Positions 13,737 through 26,714 of a stretch of 64,000 bases of DNA are shown here, piece by piece. The first letter of the stretch is position 1. The number at the start of each line of letters is the position of its first letter. Below the pieces are notes generated by a model. That model did no database searches and had not been told where the DNA came from. It saw nothing but the letters and a program-made list of their open reading frames with translations. The stretch is from Octopus vulgaris (taxonomy: Eukaryota). The stretch covers positions 76,136,001-76,200,000 of the forward strand of contig OX597820.1 of NCBI GenBank assembly GCA_951406725.2, read 5' to 3'. Both the position numbers and the translations under genes were made by a program.

Positions 13737-13845
13737 CATTATTATTATTATCATTATTATCTTGTTGCTATTTAAAAACAGTGTGATTTGACACCATGTG
13801 GCTTAAAGCTTCGTAATGTGTGTGTGTGAGTGTGTGTGTATGATG

Positions 13846-14282
13846 CCACACTTTGTTTGCAGATATATGTTATGATTCCTTACCGCTACTGTTTATAACT
13901 CGCTTAGAGATTTAATATAACATATCTCTCTCTTTCATGACATCAGCGACAGTGTGTCGCAAGAAGAGTACATCGTAATTTTCTAGTAGTATGAGATTTC
14001 ATCACAAGCTAGTGATTAACACACGCTGAGGACGGGTAACCATCCAAAAACTCGAGTCCGTATGTATCACGTAAGGTGAAAACGATGACTTCCCCTTGCA
14101 AATACTAATCGAACATAAACTGTGTGTCATTAGCCAGCTGGAGGAGATGTCATCCTGGGGTTACAAACTACTGTAGCACTGTCTTGTATAGGACACCACA
14201 CTTAGTTGGCAAATAGATGTTACTATTCCGTACCACTACTGTTTATATCTAACTCAGAGGTTTAATATAACATATCTCTCTA
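13846..14282 (+). mobile_element. Retrozyme-like ~350-bp monomer with ~85-bp terminal direct repeat and internal HHR
   Basis: ccacact...tactgtttata...agagatttaatataacatatctctc occurs at 13846 and at 14196 (period 350). HHR at 14019-14065. Confidence 0.7.
14019..14065 (+). ncRNA. Minimal type I hammerhead ribozyme (G12 apparently mutated to A)
   Basis: acacacg-CTGAGGA-c-gggt aacc atcc-aAAAA-ctcgag-T-C-cgtatgt. Stem III is the palindrome ACTCGAGT. Confidence 0.65.
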
Positions 14283-14344
<62 letters not shown>

Positions 14345-14431
14345 CAAATAATACATTTCTAAATATCTCAGAGAGTTTTATGCAGTAGTGGTACGATAAA
14401 GTAGTTGTATAAACTAGCAAGTCATGCTATT

Positions 14432-14472
14432 CCAGACTGATGACAAGCAAAGACTCAGAAACTAGTCTCTGG
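14432..14472 (+). ncRNA. Minimal type I hammerhead ribozyme
   Basis: ccaga-CTGATGA-c-aag caaaga ctc-a-GAAA-ctag-T-C-tctgg. Stem I is perfect and stem III is palindromic (ACTAGT). Stem II has one mismatch. Confidence 0.75.
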
Positions 14473-14781
14473 GTGCAGGCGTAGCTGGGGGGGGAGGGTG
14501 ATTATCTCTCCCTTGTAGACATAAGGACATAGGAAATGTGTCAAGGCCGACAGGGAGCGTTGATACTTCCTAGGGCTAAATAGCAGTAGTATGATTCCCT
14601 TCATGGGACTGTGACATTAAGTTGACACTATACAACTACTTTATATATATATATATATATATTTCAATAATAATAATGAAAGGGGGAAAATTAATGAATT
14701 AATTACTTAATCAATTAATTGGTTAATAATCGTACCAAGTAGTTCGGTACGTTAAAATAACCTTTTTAGGTAAAATTATAC

Positions 14782-14992
14782 AAATATTCTGTAATTATAA
14801 ACATAATTATAATCAGGGGTCAGCTAATTGCTTCACCACGCACCGAATTTAGAAATAGGAGTTAAAATGCCTTTTCTCCTACCATAAAGATCTCCCAGAC
14901 AGAAAAGGCCTTTTCACTCCTATTTCTAAATTCGGTGCGTGGTGAAACAATTAGCTGACCCCTGATTATAATTATGTTTACAATTATAGAAA

Positions 14993-14996
<4 letters not shown>
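14782..14996. repeat. Foldback inverted repeat (~95-bp arms, ~24-nt spacer)
   Basis: aatcaggggtcagctaattgcttcaccacgcaccgaatttagaaataggagt is the reverse complement of actcctatttctaaattcggtgcgtggtgaaacaattagctgacccctgatt, with one mismatch. Confidence 0.9.
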
Positions 14997-15034
<38 letters not shown>

Positions 15035-15835
15035 GATGCAGATATGCACCATCAAATACATATGCACACACATACACATGCGTAAACACTCCCAAGCATA
15101 CATTTAATGGTCATGTGTTCGCCTGTCTTCGTGTGTGTATTGGTGCTTGGTGTGTATGCGTGTTAATTGCTTTACATTTCCCAACTCACTAGGATGAAGT
15201 ACTGGAACTCCTTTTCTAACAAACATATTGTTTCGCTTGCGTTTAAAACAAAGCGAAATAAAATTAGTTGTAAAAGAAAAAAAGACTGCAGATGATATAT
15301 GGTAAAATCATAGAGGCATCTTTCAAACAAAACTGATTGTTGTCTAATGAAAAACTAATTATAAAACTAGGTTTCGTCTTTTGATGTTTTTTCAACAGAT
15401 TTCCATGAAAGTATTGTCGTGTACGAGTGGAGGAGAATGAAAAAGAGTCTGCCTCTGGGCGTTGTGTTGTATGTGTATGTGTGTGTGTGTGTGGGGGGGG
15501 GGGTGAATATCCGAACTAGTTTCTGTAGTCACTCAATGAAAGCCGATTCACATGTAAAGTATGTGATGCCAGGAAACATTTCAAAGAAGCAAACGCAAAT
15601 GCGCACGCACTCACATATATACATAGACACGCACAAAATCTTACACCCCATATGATATATATGTGTGTGTTTGTGTGTGTTTGCATGTATGTATGCGTGT
15701 GTGTGTGTATGTATACACAATTGTGTATTTATATGTATATATCTGAATGTATGTATGTATGTATGTATCTATCTATCTATCTATATATCTGTATATATCT
15801 ATATATATTTCTATATCTAACTATATATGTGTGTT

Positions 15836-15967
<132 letters not shown>

Positions 15968-16739
15968 TACACACACATATATACTTATACATAAATATAT
16001 ATATAGACATTCGAAACGCGCAGTAGATGAAACAGGACAACTTTATGTTGCATGCATCGTTCTTCTGTTTGTTTTTTCATTGTTCTAAAAAAATTGTTTT
16101 CTTTGTTTTTGTTTTCATGTTTTCCTTTCTCATTGTGTTCAACGTTTTTTTTTTTTTTTGATGTCCTGTACCCATATATGCATGTATATATACATATATA
16201 TGTAGGCATGTACATATGTTTATATATTATTTATATTATTGTATAGACCTACGTAAATGTGAAGTTGAAAGCAGGAACAGAAAGAGGAACTATGTGTTGT
16301 ATTTAGGAGATTTACTTACCTTATACACATTCACATTGGATGGAATCTGAACTATGATGTAAAACAACATTTCAAGTGAAAACTTACGTCAAAATCGTAA
16401 AGACAAAAACAACCTCGCCCTCCACCACCTCCCAAAAGAACATAAACAAAAGCCTAAACAAAAAGCATTAAGAAAAATGAAGACTGAAATCTGACTGATA
16501 TTGTAAATGAATATCTGTTTCTTTTGGCGGTGCTAGAAAATCTTGTACGTTCGGGAATATAATGAGAATTGTGAATGAATTGAAATGGAACGATTCTGTG
16601 GGCCATTGGGGTTTTGTCTAGAAGTTTTGAATAAATAAATATATTATTCATAATATTTGGATTGGAATATTAAATAATATATTTGAGAAAATATATTTCT
16701 TAATTTGTTGTTGTTTAACTGTGTTTGCATTGCGTTGCT

Positions 16740-16872
16740 TTCTAAGCACATGGTCTCGGGTTCAGTCCCATCGCATGGCACCTTGCACAAATGTCTTCTA
16801 CTAAAGTAGTGGGTCGACCAATGAGTTTGGTAAAAGGAAACTGCCTAGAAGGCAGTCGTATATACATACTTA

Positions 16873-16964
<92 letters not shown>

Positions 16965-17150
16965 GAGAGAGAGAAAGAGAGAGATATATGTTCCTGTAAC
17001 TTAGATAACTTAGTAGTTCCGCATAAGACATCGATAGAATAATCACTAGACTTAAAAGAGATATGTTGGGATCGAGTCGGTAGACTAAAACTTTCCAGGC
17101 GGTGCCCCAGCATGGCCCATCTCCAATTGACTGAAACAAGTAAAAGATAA
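16740..17150 (+). mobile_element. SINE family 2 copy
   Basis: cacatggtctcgggttcagtccca...gcggtgccccagcatggcc...gactgaaacaagtaaaaga. Confidence 0.75.
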
Positions 17151-17997
17151 GAAGGAAGATATTTAGGTATGAATAATGTAATTCATTTATTTTATTCTCT
17201 TTTAGCAAAATGACAGAAGAATGCAAATATTTCGTCGCAAGATGTGCTTGTAAATGGATGGATGGGTGGAAGCGGGGAGTGACGGCGGGGTGGGTTATAC
17301 GGGTGGATAGTAAAACGGTTGGATAGAGGGATATGTGGATGAATGGAGAGGTGGTCGGATGAGATGTTCTGTTGTGGCAAATGGTACTCGCTTCTCACCG
17401 GAAACTGTTCTTATTGTTTCATATGAAAAGGATGCTGCCTACGAGAACTCTCTTTGAGCAGGGCTATGTTATGTTAATGCCTCATGGGAAAAAATACTCC
17501 CTTTGAAATTGACACCAGAGTCACAGAAAGAAGCTAGGGAACGATACAACATCCTCTCTACGAGATGTAAGACAAAGGGATCTGGGATGAGCTAGGGTAG
17601 GGAGGGAGGCTGACACTCATTTCAAATTCAGGCCTTTATTTTGTTCTTCCCCTAAAAATATTATTAAGAACAAATGATGAGATCTTGTGGTGTACATTTT
17701 CTTTTCTTCTTTCAATTTTATTTTTATATTTTTTTATCGTTGAGAGAGGAAATATCTTCTTTGTTTTTGCTTCTAGAATTTTCTGTTTTCTTTTTTTAGC
17801 GGGGTTTTACTACCTAACATTGTTTTGTTTGTTAGCGAGTAAAATGATATTTATACTTATGGTACCAACACCATGGCTATGTTCATCATTTCGTTGCTTT
17901 TACTACTTCAAGAATCCCCATCAAAACCACTTCAACTGCGATTATTTTAAAACATTATCACTATTGCAACGACTGCCATTTTCGACACCACCACACT

Positions 17998-18340
17998 ACA
18001 CTGTGGCCATGCTGGGGCACTGATTTGAAGAATTTTAGTCAGACAAATCGATTCCAATATTTATTTTTAAGCCCGGTACTTATTGTATCGGTCTTTAGCC
18101 GAACCGCTAAATTATGGGGATGCAAACACACCAACGCCAGTTATCAAGCGGCGATGGAGGACAAACACACACACAGACTAATATACATATACAATGGGTT
18201 TCTTTCAGCTTCCGTCTACTAAGGCTTTGGTCGGCTTGAAGCTATAGTAGAAGACATTTTCCCAATGTGTCACGAGGTGAGACTGAAACCGGAACCATGT
18301 GGTCAAGAAGTAAACGTCTTACCACACAGCCACGCCAATG
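17998..18340 (-). mobile_element. SINE family 2 copy
   Basis: Reverse complement of the family 2 pattern. Confidence 0.75.
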
Positions 18341-18521
18341 CGGTAAAAGTTTATAAGGTAAGATAATTCTTAAGAATTTTAGAAACTTTTGGGAGGCGTG
18401 AAATAATTTATTTTTAACGATAGGACTCGACTTAAAAAAAGATACAAATATTTGGTTGTGAAACCTTTTGTTCTTTTTCTACTCAAAAAGCTTTTGGATT
18501 CAATATTTACATGTTATTGTT

Positions 18522-19432
18522 AAGGCGGCGAGCTGGCAGAATCGTTAGCGGCATTTCGTCTGTCTTTATGTTCTGAGTTCAAATTCTATCGAGGTCGACT
18601 TTGCCTTTCAGGGGTCGATAAATTAATTACCAGTCAAGGTCAAGGGATTTATGTGATCGACTTACTCTTCCGACTAAATTTTAGGTTTTGTGCCTAAAGC
18701 AGAAAGGAATATTTACATGCTGTTATTTATAGATTTATCTACTTCGAGATCCACAGTTAAAAGCGAATTATGTCGCATCTCTGAGTTACAAGAATTCGTC
18801 TGACGTAAACAACATGGTGTTCTGAATGGTAAGAAGAAATCTAAAATGGATAGAGAAATTCGAAGGGTTGTTTGAGTCTAATAGTAAAACGTCTGTCATG
18901 GTTGCAGCGGATATGAGTTCATGTCCCACGGCAGCTTTTATCTCTTACTACTCAAAGGGCTGTTAACCGAATATTTATATTCTATTATTTGTAAGTTTAA
19001 AGGCGGCAAGCTGGCAGGATCGTAAGTGTGCTGGACGAAATGCTTGGCGGTATTTCACTCGCCGCTGTGTTCTGAGTTCAAATTCCGCCGAGGTCGACTC
19101 TACCTTTCATCCTTTCGAGGTCGATAAATTAAGTACCAGTTACGCACTGGGGTCGATATAATCGACTTAATCCGTTTCTCTGTCCTTGTTTGTCCCCTCT
19201 GTATGTAGCCCCTTGTGGGCAATAATGAAATAAGAAATGTTAACACGCCGGGCGAAATACTTAACGGTATTTCGTCTGTTTTTACGTTCTGATTTCAAAT
19301 TCCGCGGAGGTCGACTTTGCCTTTCATCCTTTCGGGATCGATAAATTAAGTAACAGTTGCGTACTGGGGTTGATCTCATCGACTGGACCCCGCCCAAAAT
19401 TTCGGGCCTTGTGCCTAGAGTAGAAAAGAATA
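18522..19432 (+). mobile_element. Three SINE family 3 copies (18522-18710, 19000-19235, 19240-19432)
   Basis: aaggcggcgagctggcagaatcgttagc...ttcaaattccgccgaggtcgactttgcctttcatcctttcg...gataaattaagtac. Confidence 0.8.
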
Positions 19433-19756
19433 TCAAAGACCCTCAATGACCATTGAGGGGGGAGAGGGAGAGAGAGAGGAGAGAGAGAGAGAGAGAGAGA
19501 GAAACCATGCAAAAGTACAATGAAAATATTTTCATTTTAATTCAGGTAACATTGGAAACGAAGGAATTTATCTGATAATAAAATGTTTGACGATCCTTCT
19601 ACAATTTCTCGAAATATCCACATAGCCTCATAAGCAGACGGTGATACAACCACGGATGCTTTGCATAAAATAGACTTGTAAAATAGGCTCGCCCAAACCT
19701 ACCATCACCGTTCTTACCAGTAGCACGAGAGATAACACAATACGATCGACTGTCAC

Positions 19757-20458
19757 CAGTGACGGCTCGTGTATAGGCACTGCGGAACTGCAGCACCCAC
19801 TATTTCCATTCGATATTATCGTTAACATTCAATATAATGAGTCCTTTTTTCATTAATTATTGTTTTATACTTGTACATTATATTATCCTTAAGCTTAATG
19901 TCTGTAGTCATCCCGTAGTTTATGAGAAACATTCAAAAATCCTTGTACAAAACTGTGCGCTTCACAGTTTCATCGACGCGGTGTTTGGCTGTTTTGCGTA
20001 TGCTCACATGTCCGAGATAGGATGCTTTACGCTAGGGGAGAGAACACTGTGGTTCGCGCAGTGCCAACCCCGGTCTGCTGGTGAAAGTGTTTCATTTTGA
20101 TTCCTTGTGTGTTGTGCTTAAAATCGTGTTTATATTCTTGAATGTGATTAAGTTGTAGAATTAGATTATTATCCTTCTTCCAGCATTAGTGTTGCTGCTA
20201 GGATCTGAAAAATAGGGCACATTCCCACCCTTTTATTTTGGGATTTAGAGGGATTTTTGAAAAAAAAAGGGGGAATTCGCGGCGGTGTTCAGTGAACAAA
20301 TTAAACACACTACTCGGCAGCGGATAAAATGCGAACCGATCAAGTTTATGTGTAAATTTTCTTTTTATATGTTTGTTTCCTTCTACGCAATATTAAAACA
20401 ACGGCTAAAAATTTTCTGAAGCAGCACCCCAACTAATTTTATCTACGAGCCGCCACCG
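19757..20458. mobile_element. Non-autonomous hAT-like DNA transposon
   Basis: TIRs cagtgacggctcgt / acgagccgccaccg, subterminal gcagcaccc at both ends, and a degraded 8-bp TSD actgtcac/agtattac. Confidence 0.6.
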
Positions 20459-20705
20459 AGTATTACACACAACAGCATAAATATACTGCAGACATAAACT
20501 GCCGATGTATTTGAAACATTATTACATTCCCAAGGGGTTCCACCTTTGACAGCGTCACACTAATGATATACTTTATTAGAATTGCAAAAATATAATACAG
20601 ATACCATAACTACTATAGTTTCATTTCCGATGCTATAAAAGGCAAATGTACCAAGAGCTGCATGGGGATCCTCTACGTTCCGGATTCAGTCCCACTATGT
20701 GGCAC

Positions 20706-21119
20706 TTTTACTCTTTTACTCTTTTTACTGGTTTCAGTCATTTGACTGCGGCCATGCTGGAGCACCGCCTTTAGTTGAGCAAATCGACTCCGAGACTTAT
20801 TCTTTATAAGTCCAGTACTTATTCTATCGGTCTCTTTTGCCGAACCACTAAGTGACGGGGACGTAAACACACCAGCATCGGTTGTCAAGCAATGCTAGGG
20901 GGACAAACACAGACACACAAACATATACACACACACTTATATATATACATATATACGACAGGCTTCTTTCAGTTTCCGTCTACCAAATCCACTCACAAGG
21001 CATTTGTCTGCCCGGGGCTATAGCAGAAGACACGTGCCCAAGATGCCACGCAGTGGGACTGAACCCGCAACCATGTGGTTGGTTAGCAAGCTACTTACCA
21101 CACAGCCACTCCTGCGCCT
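20706..21119 (-). mobile_element. Full-length SINE family 2 nested in an older plus-strand family 2 copy (20677-21815)
   Basis: Complete element from the tRNA-like head (aggcgcaggagtggctgtgtggtaag) to the (AGTAAAAG)n tail. The host copy resumes at ttgggtaagtgtcttc. Confidence 0.85.
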
Positions 21120-21214
21120 TGGGTAAGTGTCTTCAATAACTTTAAGCCGACCAAAGATTTGTTAATAGATTTAATAGATAGAAACTGAAAGAAGCCCGCC
21201 ATATACATATATAT

Positions 21215-21545
21215 CAAGGACCTGCCGCCTAGGTAGGCAAGTTAGGCATCGACTGCCTTGAATAAAATAGATCGATAGCAAAATATTTATTATTATTATT
21301 ATTTTGTAGATTTGTTAGGCATAATTCGCTCCTGCCTTTCAATCTCAGTATTTAAGCTACGCACAGTACTGCTGTAGTACACGTGCTGCGTACATTCCTA
21401 CAACAACATTTTCTTTGCGTGCTGTTAAGGCAGAAGTAAATCTGCCTTCAACTCAGTCATGCACCTGTGTTTCGGTTATTTTTTGTGTCTTTTACTACAT
21501 AATTGTCACCCACTGCCTACCCTGAATAATTACTAACGGCACGTG

Positions 21546-21549
<4 letters not shown>
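21215..21549. mobile_element. hAT-like MITE inserted in the internal (AT)n of a SINE
   Basis: Imperfect TIRs caaggacctgccg / cggcacgtgtctg, flanked by atatatat on both sides. Confidence 0.55.
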
Positions 21550-21601
<52 letters not shown>

Positions 21602-22421
21602 TTGTAAGTCTATGAATTTGTGTTTGTCTTCCGTGACGGTTTGACATCCTGTGTTAGTGTGTTTATGTTCCCGTTATTTAACGGGAAAAGGGCCAATACA
21701 ATAAGTGCCAGACTTAAAAAGTAAGTATTAGGGTCGATTCATTCGACAAATAATTCTTGATGGCAGTGTCCCAGCATGGCCGCAGTATAATGACTGAAAT
21801 AAGTAAATGATAAAAAGATAGTCATAGCACACATGAAAAACTTTACTAAAAAAAAAAAAACAGATCAACAGTGAACAAATAGATTCAGAGTCCTTGCTGG
21901 CACCATGTTTGCCTAACATACATAAACAGCAACATTTCCATCTAAAGAATACACGCGATTCATCAAGGATCGAATATATTGTTTGCGATTCTAATCTGCT
22001 GGAGATTTTAATCTCTCTACAGAAATTTTAACGAACATCAAAGAACTAAACTCCCTGCATATCGCGCAATCAGAAGTGGTTCAAACGCCAGCCCCACAGT
22101 CTCTTTGAACAAAGAAATAAACATAATAAACATGAAATACAATCTAGATATACAAGCAGCTCAGTTTGTTATTTTAACAAGTCCAACCCACACAAGCTCT
22201 GCCACTACAATCGCTGACAAATGAAGAACTACAGGAACAGAAATACTGTTGTTTCATTCTAATAGTCTTCCCTCGAATTGTTGCTCTCTGGACCTCACCA
22301 CTATCACTCATCTAGTTTTCTTCAGCTTTATCGTATTCAGTCCTTTACGATTTCTGTCAATCTACATCTTTTGAATCTGTAGTTCACATCTTTTCCCTTT
22401 TTGTAGTCCCTATCACATTTA

Positions 22422-22637
22422 CGAGCGGGGTGCTGAAATGTTCTTGGCTTTGGGTAAACAAATATAGGAGGATCAGTTGATTATGATTTTATCCAACATA
22501 TTTCTCCTCTTAGATTCACACACTTATTGCAGCGGTCCTTCAGTTTTTCTAAGACCTGTAAAGAACTCGGAAGTTTGGGTCTCTAACCCGGGCTTTTGCG
22601 ATAACATTAAAGCTAGGAATCTTTTAGCATACCTTCA
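22422..22637. mobile_element. Mariner-type MITE
   Basis: TA-flanked imperfect TIRs cgagcggggtgctgaaatgttcttggcttt / aaagctaggaatcttttagcataccttca. Confidence 0.65.
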
Positions 22638-23647
22638 TATATATAAAAATAAAAATAAAATAAAATCACACCAACTCAAGCCATATAATTCAAACAGTGT
22701 GCGGCTTTCAAATAGAGGGGTGTATGGAAACCTGTTAAGTGTGTGTTGATCCCCCACCTTTTCCCAGTCGGTGTTGCGTTGTTTACGTCCCTGTAACATA
22801 ACGGTTCGGCAAAACAGACCAATAGAATAATTACCTAGCTTTAAAAAGAAAAAAACAGAACTCAAATCGATTTGTTTGGCTAAAACACTTCACGGCAGTG
22901 CTCCAGAATGGCCTTAGTTTAATGACTGAAACAAGTAAAGGATGAAAGATAAACGGAAATGAGAATTCGGGAATCATATCAAATCGGCTTTCTTTCTCAA
23001 AGATGGCGCAGTGACCATTGAGAGGAAGATTTAGCTTCTAATTCCTGTATATCGAGTATCCGCGTGCAGGATTTCTTTCGTTGGTGCGAGAACCACAATA
23101 TGATACTTTTCGGTGACGAAATGCTCCTTATTGCATTTGTTAATTTCATGTCTTCAGACTCCCATATTTAAGTACTTCCGGTTCCGTTCTTTGCACCAGA
23201 AATCTTTAAAAACTTTCTTGCAGTTCTTTTATATACATTTTTACGAGGAATGGGCGTTTTTGTGTTTTGGTTTATGTTAAAGTTATTTTCAGATTGTATT
23301 GATGTTCCCGCAACGCGTTCTGTTGTATGTTGTTGCGTACTTAAGAGGAAACTTGTCTCTTTGCTTTTAACACCTTCCAAGATATGGGTAACAGTACTTC
23401 AAGCATGAATATGAAATACATACATACACACACACAAACGTATATGTATATATATATATATACACGTTGCAGACGTGTTGTTTTTTTTTCAACAGTATCA
23501 GGTAATACAAAGTATATATTTTCACCTTTTCAGTAACACACACAACAACAGTTAAATATACACGACTGATTTTCATGCACGCTATGTTCATGGATAAAAA
23601 CCATGTTTTCAAATACATATATTGTCGGTTAAGTCTAAACCTACACC

Positions 23648-23725
<78 letters not shown>

Positions 23726-23944
23726 GTCTATCTATCTATCTATCTATCTATATATCTATCTATCTATCTATTTATTTATTTATCTAAATTTATAAAAATA
23801 AGGATAAGATCGTTTTTTGTTTAAATGCCGATCATACCAAGTGGTTAGCATGGGAATAAAAACCTCATAGGTAATAATTATTATTAAAATTATCCAATAA
23901 TTTTTTGCTAGTTTATTTTGTCTCATTGTCATTTCACCTGGTGC

Positions 23945-23991
23945 CGTATGAATATTTGATGTAGTTTTAGACTACATCAAATATTCATACG
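23945..23991. repeat. Perfect 21-bp hairpin with 5-nt loop
   Basis: cgtatgaatatttgatgtagt-tttag-actacatcaaatattcatacg. Confidence 0.9.
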
Positions 23992-24073
23992 ATAGATAGT
24001 TTTGACTGCTATCTCGCGCATATTTTCGCGTCGGAATTCTGCTTTACGCACGGTAACTAACCCCTCATTACTC

Positions 24074-24128
<55 letters not shown>

Positions 24129-24180
24129 TATTGGTGAATTGAAGAAATGGAGCTGAACGAAGATTGAACAGAAATCGTTT

Positions 24181-24273
24181 TATTTCATTCTACACGTGTT
24201 TCGAAAGGCACAATTTACCAAAATCCGATTGAATAATGGGACCATATTGTGTCTTTCTCTTCAGGAAGAAATA
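24181..24273 (-). ncRNA. Type I hammerhead ribozyme, intact core
   Basis: Minus strand: tatttcttc-CTGAAGA-gaaagacacaat...attgtgcctttc-GAAA-cacgtg-T-A-gaatgaaata. Stem II is 11/12 paired and stem III is the palindrome ACACGTGT. Confidence 0.85.
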
Positions 24274-24355
24274 GGAAATCCGTTGGAAAAAACAAAAACA
24301 GAACAGAGGCGGAGCAAAACAAATCGAACTAGGCTCCTAAGAGCCCATGGCAAAT

Positions 24356-24414
<59 letters not shown>

Positions 24415-24627
24415 ATACATATACATACATACATACATACGTAGTAAGGTATTATCAATCCGGGAATAATACATCACAAGTTCTCTATTGGCACACCACG
24501 CTAACAACATTGTTTAGATTAGTGAAGAACTCCAAGTATTCTTATGGTAGGCTCCAAGATTATGGTTCATCAAAATTCTATATTGTAAATCCGTGGATAG
24601 GTTCCAAATTAAGTGGTTTTTATAGAG

Positions 24628-25019
24628 TGATATATAAGAAACGAGTTAAGAATACTGGTCATTTCATATAATTCCTTTATTAGGGCGAATTCGGCTTACA
24701 GCTGTTTCCAGTTGTAATCATAGGTACATTACTAATAAGTTTATTCAACTGGTCTTTCCTTTCTTTCTATTCTACTTGAAAAGCCCAATTTTCCCCACCA
24801 TAGCCTTTCTTCAAGTGCTCTGCTTCTTATTTCCAGAAAGGATTTTGACATTAATCTTCTTAGGTCGTTCAATTTACTTCGATTGGTTAATAGGCCAATT
24901 GAGTAAACCTATCAGTAATGTACCTATAATGACTACTGGAAACAACTGTAAGACAAATCTGCTCTAATAAAAGAATTATATTTAATGACCATTATTTTAA
25001 ACTTGTTTCTTACATATAC
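24628..25019. repeat. Inverted repeat (~125-bp diverged arms) carrying the 3' half of an HHR
   Basis: 24628-24753 is the reverse complement of ~24892-25019. The arms contain cagttg...caactg-GAAA-cagctg-T-A but lack CTGANGA. Confidence 0.75.
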
Positions 25020-25044
25020 AAAAACGAAATATATATACAAAGAC

Positions 25045-25101
<57 letters not shown>

Positions 25102-26459
25102 AATATTTAAATATATATATTATATAAACTCCCAGTCTCTATCTATATATCTATCTATCTATCCCACTCCATCTTTTTCTCTGTATGCATGTGTGTATAT
25201 ATGTATGTATGTATCTATTGTGCGCATGTGTGTTCGTGTGTGTGTGTATATTCCCACAACATACATATTTATACGCTTGTTCATGAGTGTCACATGTATA
25301 TGTGTGGTGTATATACACATACAGAAATATACACACGCGTGTACATTCGTTGATCGCTCAGTATTTGAAGGGCGTCTTTTGTCCATTTTTCGCTGTCCGT
25401 AATGTTTACTCCAAAATGGAAGAATCCCGGCTATTACCAGCGATGCATGCTGAACGACAAGCATACAATGGCAGCTGGGAAGAAAAATTACAAGAAGTGA
25501 CGGTCACTTGGGATATAATTCAGTCTGACTGAATACATAGAATGAAATGCTCTAATTGTCTCACTATAACAAAGCTGTCAACCAACTCTCTGGTGTATAT
25601 ACACAATATATACGGCTTTGAGGCAAGTAAGTTTTAACCGTCTTTGGCTTGAGCGTTAAACTGTAAAAACGGTTATATGCTGCACTGATGTGGAACCATT
25701 TCCAGTGAATGTTTGTGAAGAGTAATCAAGAATCATCCTCGTTGTGTGATTTTAGACCGAGTTGAGAAAATGTTTTGAGACAGAAATAAATAATATATAT
25801 CTCTTTCGGTTTCATTTGTGGCCAATTTCGTTGACGTTGCTGGATCCGTTGTTAAGCCTTTATAAATCATTTGAAACACAGGACAAGAAATTCCTGATAA
25901 AAGAAGACTGGCTTATAGCTTTGTTGTGTAGTCAACAATAAAATCGGTTTGGAATGTTTTTGATGCTCCTATCATATCGAAGAATGTATTCAGAAATTTT
26001 GTTGCAACTTGAGATAATTGTTTTTATTTTTCTACTTATTTATTTATTGTTAGATTTGTAAACTTTTGTATTCTTTTCGTTCATAATTTCTTGAATACCA
26101 ATTTTGTAAAGACCTTTGATCGAAGAATGCTTTCAGTAATTTAGTTTGTGGTTGCTGATAAAATATTTCTCTGTTCTCTTCAATGCCAGTGTTTTATAGA
26201 TGTCTGTCTAGACTGAAAATATCATTAGTAAAAGAGTGAGGTGTGGCAATATATGAAGATAAGAATATGTCGGCTCTGACTAGAAGACAATACTATCTGA
26301 TATGTGACACTAAGAAAAGATAACCTGCCGTAGAGAGAAGAGGATGAGAAATTGATTTTTTAAAATAAAGAATTGTAGCTGAATAGTTACAGCATCAGAT
26401 TGGCCTGCACCAGAGTTGGAGAGGTAGGTATTTCAGTGAGAGCAATTCGTTTTCTATCT

Positions 26460-26679
26460 TCTAACCTTTAGTCGTTTTCGTCGTTAGGCTGTGACCGGGC
26501 TTGGGCAATGCCTTAAAGTATTTTAGTCTATTAAATCGACTCCAGTTTTTAACTCTGGTACTTATTCTGCTGGACTTTTTCTTTGCCGAACCTTTAAGTT
26601 ACGACGACTGAAACAAATTGACACTGGTTGTCAGGTGGTACTGAGACAAATATATACACTCACAAACACATAGATGGAG

Positions 26680-26714
<35 letters not shown>

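Noticed and set aside
15380-15475. Possible splice acceptor (ttttttcaacag) and short exon
   Set aside because: No recognisable protein, no clear donor site and no partner exons.
25420-26400. Possible decayed Penelope coding sequence
   Set aside because: Only vague motif hints, with no frame I could support by eye.
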